NCBI GenBank assembly: GCA_964514565.1
Contig: CAZERA010000001.1
Span: forward strand, 186,001 to 250,000
Length of the DNA stretch: 64,000 nt
From: an uncultured Candidatus Peribacteria bacterium
GTDB taxonomy: Bacteria > Patescibacteriota > Gracilibacteria > RBG-16-42-10
Direction: 5' to 3'
The notes below the pieces were generated by a model. It was not told where the DNA came from. It did no database searches and saw nothing but the letters and a program-made list of their open reading frames with translations. Position numbers and translations under genes: made by a program. Positions 30,552 to 38,100 of this stretch are shown piece after piece (position 1 is the stretch's first letter; every line of letters starts with the position of its first letter).

Positions 30552-32012
30552 ATGCGGAAACTCCCCAATATAAATATCAAAAAAAGTATGAAAATCGCTC
30601 AAAAAGTAGCTACTTCACTATTAATAGTAGGAATGCTTCTTCCTTTCACTGCGAAAGCTGATGAAACTACGCCTACCTTGGTTAGTAGTCTTGAGTGTGT
30701 AGTGACCGCCTATTATCAACCACTACCGAATCAACAGAATTATTCCAAAGGAAATTTTGAGGCAGAAGTCGCTCTCAATGGTGATGACACCACAGCCAAT
30801 GGTAGCAAGGTAAGCGTGGGGACAGTAGCAGCGCCACCACAGTATCCTTTTGGTACTATTGTCGATATCGGTGGATTTGGTGTTGGCGAAGTAAAAGATC
30901 GTGGTGGTGCTATCAAAGGAAATCGTTTTGATATCTGGGTAGGAAAAGGTGATGAAGGTATTGCTAGAGCTACCAACTGGGGTAAACGTACTACTAAATG
31001 TGTGGTGTATTTACCAGGTAGTACAGTGCCAGCAGAAGTAACTGCTAGAATTGGTACTTATAACCTACCTAGTGCCGTACTACCAGCTGACTATTGGCAG
31101 AGCAAACAATCCCTTGGTCATAAAAACTTAGGTATTGGTGATAATAATGATGATGTCACTCTTCTCAGTAAGACACTCAAGAGTCTAGGCTATGCGGTGA
31201 ATCAGGGCTCAAGCTTTGATGCTACTCTAGAACAAGCCGTGATTACTTTTCAGATCAATAAAAATATCGTGGCATCCAAAGATGCTTTCGGTGCTGGCGC
31301 AGTAGGTCCTCGTACGTGGCAAGCATTATTGGCCAGCAATGGTGCAGCAGTAACCAATGATGATATTGCTGTTCCTTATACTGGTACTACTACTACCACT
31401 GCCACTTCACAGTCAGATCCATCAACTGGGTCAGGCAATTTGATTAGCTTCAACTTAGAGTATGGCGCTGAGGGTGAAGAGATAGCTAGATTGCAAGAAA
31501 ATCTTCGTTTACTCGGTTACTTTGATGGGCCAACTGTTACTGGGTATTTCGGTCCTGCCACAAAAGCAGCGATTATTCGTTTTCAAGTAGCTGAGAAATT
31601 GGTTTTAGATGCTACCGATCCTGCAGCTGGTGCTTTTGATACAGTGACTCGTACTCGTATGATGGCTGTATTGCTTGGTAAGACTACTAATGTACCAGCT
31701 CCAGTATTAGTACTGAAGAAAGGAAGTAAGGGATCTGAAGTATCTACTCTTCAAGAGAAACTGACTAAACTCAATATTTACCAAGGACCAATTACTGATT
31801 TCTTTGGAGACCAAACAGCTCAAGCTGTTAGTGATTTTCAGCTCAAGTATAAATTGAACCTGGAGAACACTGATGCTGAAGGCGTATTTGATACCAAGAC
31901 GGCGACAAGGTTGGATCAAGCATTAGGTCTCGATATTAGTTTGAGTCCTGCTTATACTCGCTACATTGAACAGTTTAACTTGGTAAATGGAACATTGAAG
32001 ACGGGAAACTAA
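30552..32012 (+). CDS. secreted 3D-domain (MltA-like) protein with three peptidoglycan-binding domains
   Basis: Signal peptide ending AKA; VTAYY...DRGGAIKGNRFDIW...WG; three L..G..G.(D/E)V..LQ..L..LGY...T..A...FQ repeats. Confidence 0.85.
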   Translation: MRKLPNINIKKSMKIAQKVATSLLIVGMLLPFTAKADETTPTLVSSLECVVTAYYQPLPNQQNYSKGNFEAEVALNGDDTTANGSKVSVGTVAAPPQYPFGTIVDIGGFGVGEVKDRGGAIKGNRFDIWVGKGDEGIARATNWGKRTTKCVVYLPGSTVPAEVTARIGTYNLPSAVLPADYWQSKQSLGHKNLGIGDNNDDVTLLSKTLKSLGYAVNQGSSFDATLEQAVITFQINKNIVASKDAFGAGAVGPRTWQALLASNGAAVTNDDIAVPYTGTTTTTATSQSDPSTGSGNLISFNLEYGAEGEEIARLQENLRLLGYFDGPTVTGYFGPATKAAIIRFQVAEKLVLDATDPAAGAFDTVTRTRMMAVLLGKTTNVPAPVLVLKKGSKGSEVSTLQEKLTKLNIYQGPITDFFGDQTAQAVSDFQLKYKLNLENTDAEGVFDTKTATRLDQALGLDISLSPAYTRYIEQFNLVNGTLKTGN

Positions 32013-32047
32013 AGAAGAGGTCAGAGAGCAGAGTGGCGAGGTCAGAG
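32013..32047. repeat. degenerate 7-mer tandem repeat (GTCAGAG-like)
   Basis: agaagag gtcagag agcagag tggcgag gtcagag, between stop codon and terminator. Confidence 0.65.
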
Positions 32048-32056
32048 GTTTTAATG

Positions 32057-32090
32057 CAAAAAGGCTCAGGAGTATCCTGGGTCTTTTTTG
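32057..32090 (+). terminator. intrinsic terminator
   Basis: caaaaaggctcagg-agtat-cctgggtcttttttg. Confidence 0.8.
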
Positions 32091-32137
32091 TTTTGATCGG
32101 ACTGGTGTATCGTGCTTTTTGTTATTAAACAATTTGT

Positions 32138-32536
32138 ATGTCCTATTCTCTTACGTTGGCACAGATTATTGGGCCTTCTTTTTTGGCTATTGCTTTGGCA
32201 ATGGTGATGCAACCTCAGGCTTTTCGGGAGGCGCTTGCTGAGTTCAAGAATGGAGGACAGAAGATGTTGTTACTATTGGCTGGCTCAGTGCATGTGATAT
32301 TGGGTTTGTTTTTAGTAGTTACTCACAATAGCTGGTTGGCTGATTGGACTACACTTCTAACTATAGTGGGTTGGTTGATGTTGCTTCGGGGTATCTTTTT
32401 ACTTTGGTTCCCCAATAGCATGGCGCCATTAGCAAAAGCCCTTGAGGCTAAACCTTGGTGGGTGAATCTGGCGGCAATTATTCTGCTGATCGGTGGTAGT
32501 GTCCTCAGTTACTATGGTTTTGCTAGTCTAATTTAG
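32138..32536 (+). CDS. small four-TM membrane protein
   Basis: Four hydrophobic segments; HN.W...W..L.T..GW..L.RG motif. Confidence 0.75.
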   Translation: MSYSLTLAQIIGPSFLAIALAMVMQPQAFREALAEFKNGGQKMLLLLAGSVHVILGLFLVVTHNSWLADWTTLLTIVGWLMLLRGIFLLWFPNSMAPLAKALEAKPWWVNLAAIILLIGGSVLSYYGFASLI

Positions 32537-32794
32537 CTGGAACCGAGATACAATCTTTTCTTGCCAGGTAACACTTTCTAGAAAGTTATCTAAAGGACGA
32601 ATCCAAGTAAGGTATGGAGCATAGAGACCTTCATACACAATCGAAACACGCTCAGAAGATTCATCAAGCGCTATGGCTGCAATCCTATAGCGCTTGTTTG
32701 GATCTTTATAATGAATATAAATCTGACCGACTGCGATCTTCTGCTTTGCTGCAATGATGAGTTGTTGTAGCTGCTCAGAAGATTGGTGTCCCAT
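32528..32794 (-). CDS. DUF1653-family protein
   Basis: Y.HYK....Y.I..IA..ES.E...IVY..LY.....W.RP...F......RF. Confidence 0.85.
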   Translation of the reverse strand: MGHQSSEQLQQLIIAAKQKIAVGQIYIHYKDPNKRYRIAAIALDESSERVSIVYEGLYAPYLTWIRPLDNFLESVTWQEKIVSRFQLN

Positions 32795-32798
32795 ACGA

Positions 32799-33959
32799 CT
32801 AAAGCAACATCAAATCACTCTCATGAGGAAGTGACTTTGGTAGTGGCTCAGCATTTTCTGGTACAGTGACGTGAATATCTTGGTTTAAGTTGCTGCTATC
32901 GAAGCTAATGGTGATTGTACCTGCTGCGCTATCTGAAGCTGTAGGTACAATCTTCAAAGTAGCTGTGCCACTAACTAAACGTTGTGTGCTGTCGAGCCAG
33001 TAATTGATACTTGCAGTTGATTGGTTGCCAGTGAGCTGTTGCTCATCACTGCCACCATCCATCATCCAGTTCATTTTCTTTTCGTCGAGGTCTAATTGGT
33101 AATGGTAACGAGTATTAGCACCATTTACATCAGTACCAATAAACTTGGACATTGCTACTAGACCTTGAACATCATCATTACTGTGACTATTCATCAATAG
33201 AGGAGTCATACTAAGAAAACTAGTGTCACTAGCTGGCAAAGTAAACCATTTGTTGAGCATAGTAGTTTGAATCTCTTTGATCATGTTTGCTGACATCCCT
33301 GGAATATTCATTGATTCAAGATCGTTGAGACGAACATATCCTTTGTCTTTGAGTACCATCTCCGCACTACCTTGAGCTGAGCCCATGTCAGATTGGAATG
33401 AGCCATTTACAGTGAGACTGAGCTCTGGTTGTTTGGCATCTTTTACATTTATGCGTCCTTGACCATGCAAGTTGAGTTTGAGTGTACGGAAACCGTCAAA
33501 AGAGTTGCTACTAGTCAAGTCAGCTGTCACACCTACTTTGAAGTCGCCGCTACAAGTAGTAGTGGTGATATCGCAGGCTGTAGGTTGTTGGTCTGATGCT
33601 GACCAAGGACTAACTGTGTCTGAAGGAAGTGGCAAACTACTATAGTCATCATTATAGGAATCTTGATCATAGTAATCGTCAGAATTTGCTGCATATGTCT
33701 GTTCTTCTAAAAGACTACAAAGTACATAGGCATGTTCGTATGTGCGATATTCTACATCACACCATTGTCCTTTTTGACCACGCACATAGAGCTCATCGCT
33801 CGCAGCAATATAACCAATTTGTTTGCCCTGCATACCTGCTTGGGCACGGATATTGGCAGTGACTTTGGCTGTGTAATAACCTTCTTGGTAGCTGGTAGCT
33901 GCTAGTGCTTGTGGAATAAACAAACTACTGAGAAGTAAAATGCTGAAAAATCTTTTCAT
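32799..33959 (-). CDS. secreted SH3b-domain protein with a beta-rich C-terminal domain (LppX/LolA-like fold by pattern)
   Basis: Signal peptide ending ALA; ANIRAQAG...IG.I......V......W..V SH3b; acidic Asp/Tyr linker. Confidence 0.65.
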   Translation of the reverse strand: MKRFFSILLLSSLFIPQALAATSYQEGYYTAKVTANIRAQAGMQGKQIGYIAASDELYVRGQKGQWCDVEYRTYEHAYVLCSLLEEQTYAANSDDYYDQDSYNDDYSSLPLPSDTVSPWSASDQQPTACDITTTTCSGDFKVGVTADLTSSNSFDGFRTLKLNLHGQGRINVKDAKQPELSLTVNGSFQSDMGSAQGSAEMVLKDKGYVRLNDLESMNIPGMSANMIKEIQTTMLNKWFTLPASDTSFLSMTPLLMNSHSNDDVQGLVAMSKFIGTDVNGANTRYHYQLDLDEKKMNWMMDGGSDEQQLTGNQSTASINYWLDSTQRLVSGTATLKIVPTASDSAAGTITISFDSSNLNQDIHVTVPENAEPLPKSLPHESDLMLL

Positions 33960-34007
33960 AAGTATTAAGGAAATAAATCTTTGTCACCATAGTGAAGAAG
34001 CCACACC

Positions 34008-35039
34008 CTAGTCAACTTGAGTTAGGTGATTGTGCCAAAACTGAGTCGCTATTTTTTGTTGAGCCAAGTACTCATCTTTGGAGTATTTAGTAATTTCATC
34101 AGTCTTACTACTATAACTCAGCAGCTGGCATGGCACATCAGCAGTTTGGGCAAAAATATAACTATGGAAGCGAGTAGCAATAAAGTAGTCACATTGAGCT
34201 ACGAGTTGAAAAGCTTGGGATGTTGTCTCTGGTGCAATTACCTCAACAGGTAATTGGGTGTGATCTAGTAGCTTGTTCACTAGCGGTGTCATTGCATCTC
34301 TATCGTCAGGATTATTGAGGGCAAAGGGGATCAGCTGAATATGCTTGATGGTCATCCGTTCTTTTAGTTGGTTGATTGTTTCGACCAATTTGGGGATCAT
34401 TTCTGCTTGCGTGAATCGGTGGTTCTCTCGAATATTGATGCCGAGAGTAGCGGAGTTGTCTGGAGTTTTTGTTGCATCAGTAAACAGTCCCCACACTGGA
34501 TCTGGCACTATTGTTACTTCTTTAGTTGTAAGACTTTTGAGTATGCTTTGTGATATTTCATCCCGCACAGTGATGACTCTTGAGCGTTTCAATATCCCTT
34601 TGAGCCAGGTATGACTCAGTTTGTTTTTGATTGGTCCTACACCGACTGCTGCTAAGGCAATTCGTTTGCCTAATAAACTAAAGTACAATGTCCTAAGCCA
34701 CCAAACAAAAAGAGGGCTGAATCCATGCTGACCAACTTCTTGATCATGCAATATTCCACCTCCGCCAATGATTACCCAATCACTTTCCTTGAGAATCTTA
34801 GCAGTTTTTTTGAGCGTACCATCTCCCAGCTGGCGCCATAGGCTACGAATACCAGTAGCAATCATGGGCTCAATGCTTTTATATTGTTTGTGAGTATCTT
34901 TGAGTACTGGGTCCAAGTGAGAAAAAAGGATCAGATCACTGCTCGGAATGGCTTGATGAAAAATATAAGCTAGGCCATCAGCAATCGCTTCATCTCCTAT
35001 ATTGCCTTGACCATAGCTACCAAAAATCGCGATCTGCAT
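34008..35039 (-). CDS. csaB: polysaccharide pyruvyltransferase (CsaB-like)
   Basis: GSYGQGNIGDEAI, IIGGGGILHD, VGVGPI, ITVRDEIS, PDPV, RFHS.IFA, SYSSK. Confidence 0.8.
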   Translation of the reverse strand: MQIAIFGSYGQGNIGDEAIADGLAYIFHQAIPSSDLILFSHLDPVLKDTHKQYKSIEPMIATGIRSLWRQLGDGTLKKTAKILKESDWVIIGGGGILHDQEVGQHGFSPLFVWWLRTLYFSLLGKRIALAAVGVGPIKNKLSHTWLKGILKRSRVITVRDEISQSILKSLTTKEVTIVPDPVWGLFTDATKTPDNSATLGINIRENHRFTQAEMIPKLVETINQLKERMTIKHIQLIPFALNNPDDRDAMTPLVNKLLDHTQLPVEVIAPETTSQAFQLVAQCDYFIATRFHSYIFAQTADVPCQLLSYSSKTDEITKYSKDEYLAQQKIATQFWHNHLTQVD

Positions 35040-35128
35040 ACTATCTTGCTAATCATAGCCATAGTATCACTCTTGATGTTTTAGGGAAGTGAACTATCTT
35101 GTGAGGGAATATATTATCCTCCTTTGTC

Positions 35129-38100
35129 ATGTCCTCCACACCTAAAAGTAAATGGCCCTCAATTTTATTGACCGGCTTAATTGTGCTTGTAGTCATTGCT
35201 GGTGGTGCCGTAGCTAGCTACCATTATTTATTGAAACCCCCACAAGTACTGGGTGACGAACTGGCGATTGGGCAGATTCAGAAGATTGATATCAGCGCCC
35301 CAATTAGGATTTCGTTTTCCCACAGTATGGATCGGGATTCGGTAGAGCATGCTTTTCATGTCTCTCCTGCAATCAAAGGAGTAATGAAATGGGAAGGTAA
35401 TACCTTGAGCTTTACTCCAGAAAAAACTGAAGTACAGGCCAATAAGCAATATAGTGTTTGGATAGATACTACTGCTCAAGATATTTTTCGCAAGAAACTC
35501 CAGACCGCTTTTTACCAACAATTTGAAACAGCCGGTCCTCCTCAGGTGATTATGCATTTACCCCAAGGTGTAGCTGAAAAGGAGAATTCTCCTATTACGG
35601 TAGTATTTGATCGACCTATGGTTCCCGTCACTACTTTAGGGGCTAGTGTAAATTTAGGTTTTCCGCTCAAGATCGAACCTAATGTTGCCGGTACTTATAA
35701 ATGGTTGGGTACAAATACTATTCAATTTATTCCTGATCATTTGGTTGCTGCTACTAGCTATACTGTCACTGTGCCCAAAGGAATCACTGATCTTTATGGA
35801 GCTGCATTACCACAAGACACAATCTGGCAGTTTGATACAGAACATCCTGATGTGCTTTTTACTTACCCACCTGATCAATACAACAAAGCTGGCAACAAAA
35901 CTGAGGTGACGATTCAGTTTAATCAAAAGATGGATCAGCATTCTTTGGAACAAAATATTGATTGGCAAACAAAAGATACCAACCAAAAAATTCCTTATAC
36001 TTTGAAATTGGACGACACGCTGACCAAGGTTTCACTTACACCTAATGTGGCTTTACCGAAGGCTAGTGATTTGGTCGTGCTTATTCACAAAGGAGTCAAA
36101 TCAGCAGAGGGAGCTTATACTTTGGCAAGCGATTATTCTTGGATATTTACTACTGTCGGAGATCCTCGGATTGAAGAATCTACTCCCAAAGAAAAAGAAG
36201 TTTTACCCAACAACTATGGTGTAGATATTCGTTTTACTAATCCGATGGTCCCTGCTGGTGCTGATCAGTTTGTGACTGTCGAGCCAAAGATAGAGGATCA
36301 ATTCAATGAAATGTCTGCTTATGACGAAGGTCTAAATCTCCATATCTCTGGAGGTTTCTTGCCATCGACTAAGTACAAAGTAACAATCAACAAGAATTGG
36401 ACTGACACATTTGGTCAGAAGTTGGGCCAAGACTTTGTGCTCAATTTTGAGACTGATGCATTACCTGCCGACATCGCTTTTATTGGTAGACAGCGTTTGG
36501 GTTTACTTGATGGTTATAGAGAAAAACTAGAGCACGTGTTGCAGGCCATTAATGTTGGTAAAGCAGATCTTGGTTTATATAAGTTGTCTCGTGATGATCT
36601 ATGGAATGAATATTACAATATCCGTCGTTATACCTATGGTGATGAAAAGTACATTGCAGGGAAACTGCTTAGTAGTTGGTCAGTTGATTCACCTAATCCT
36701 CTCAATCAAGTAGTCCAGATTCCAGTGGATATTACCAATAAAGTACAGAACTCCGGTATCTATACAATGACACTCAAAGGGCAAGACTTGCCTCTGCAAC
36801 AACAAACTTTTGTAGTTAGCAAAACAGCACTTTTGTTCAAGATGGGAGCTGACCAAGCATTAGTTTGGGCGACTGATCTCAAGACTGGCTTACCTGTAGC
36901 TGGTATGAATATTGAGATCCAAGAAGGCCCCAGTGATACTGTTTTGTCTGGTGTGACTGATCAAAATGGCCTCTTTAGTAAGGACTGGCCCCAAGGTGTG
37001 AAGGATAAATTAGAAAGTTCATATGGTGGTTTGGATTTATTGGTATTTGGTAGCAAGGATGGCGATATGGCTGTCACTGGAAACGACTATGTATGGAATC
37101 AAGGAATTGAATCTTGGCAGTTTCATATTAGTCAGGGATATGTGGAGAAAATGCGTTCATACATCATGACTGATCGTCCATTGTATCTACCTGGACAAGC
37201 AGTGTTTTGGAAAGCAATGGCTAGATCAGAAGTAGATGGGAAATATCAATTGTTACCAAAAGGCACGGTTGCGGAAGTGACAGTCACCAACAATCAAGGT
37301 GATAAGATTGTAGAAAAAACTATTCCTTTGGATGAGCATTCTACAGCGCAAGACACCTTTACTCTGGCCAATGATGCGCCACTGGGATCGTACTATGTGG
37401 ATGTGAAGATTAATGGTCAGACGGCGTCAGCATACTTCCAGGTTCAAGAATATAAGAAACCGCTTTTTAAGCTTGATATCGCTAGCGACCAAGCAGATTA
37501 TATTCAAGGAGATCAAGCAAAAGTTACTGTTGATGCTCGCTACTTCTTCGGCTCTAGTTTGCCTAATGCCAAAGTGCACTATCAAGTGACTAGTGATGAT
37601 TATTTCTTCTCACGCTTTGATCAGGGGGACCAGGACTATGCTTTCACCGATAATGATACCGCCTGTTTCTACTGTGAATGGACTGGTCGTAGTGATAAGA
37701 GTCGTATTGAAGGTACTGCTTATACAGATGAAAATGGCCGTTTAGTATTTACTGTGCCTACTACATTCACTGACGAAAAAGAATCACAAGTATTCAATGT
37801 CAGTGTTGATGTCAAAGATGCTAGTACACAAGAAATGGTTTGGACTAGTATGCAATTTGTAGTGCACAAGTCAGATACATATGTCGGTATCGCAAGCAAT
37901 GTGTACTTGATTAAGAAAAACGAAAGTGCGTCTTTCCCGATTATTACTACCAATCTACTAGGCAATCCTATTCCCAATATTAGTGGTGATGTGTCTTTAT
38001 TCAAACGTACTTACAGCACTATCAAAAAGAAAGGTGTAGATGGTTTTTTCTATTATGATTCCAGTTTTGATGACCAATTAGTAAAGAATGTAAACTTTGT

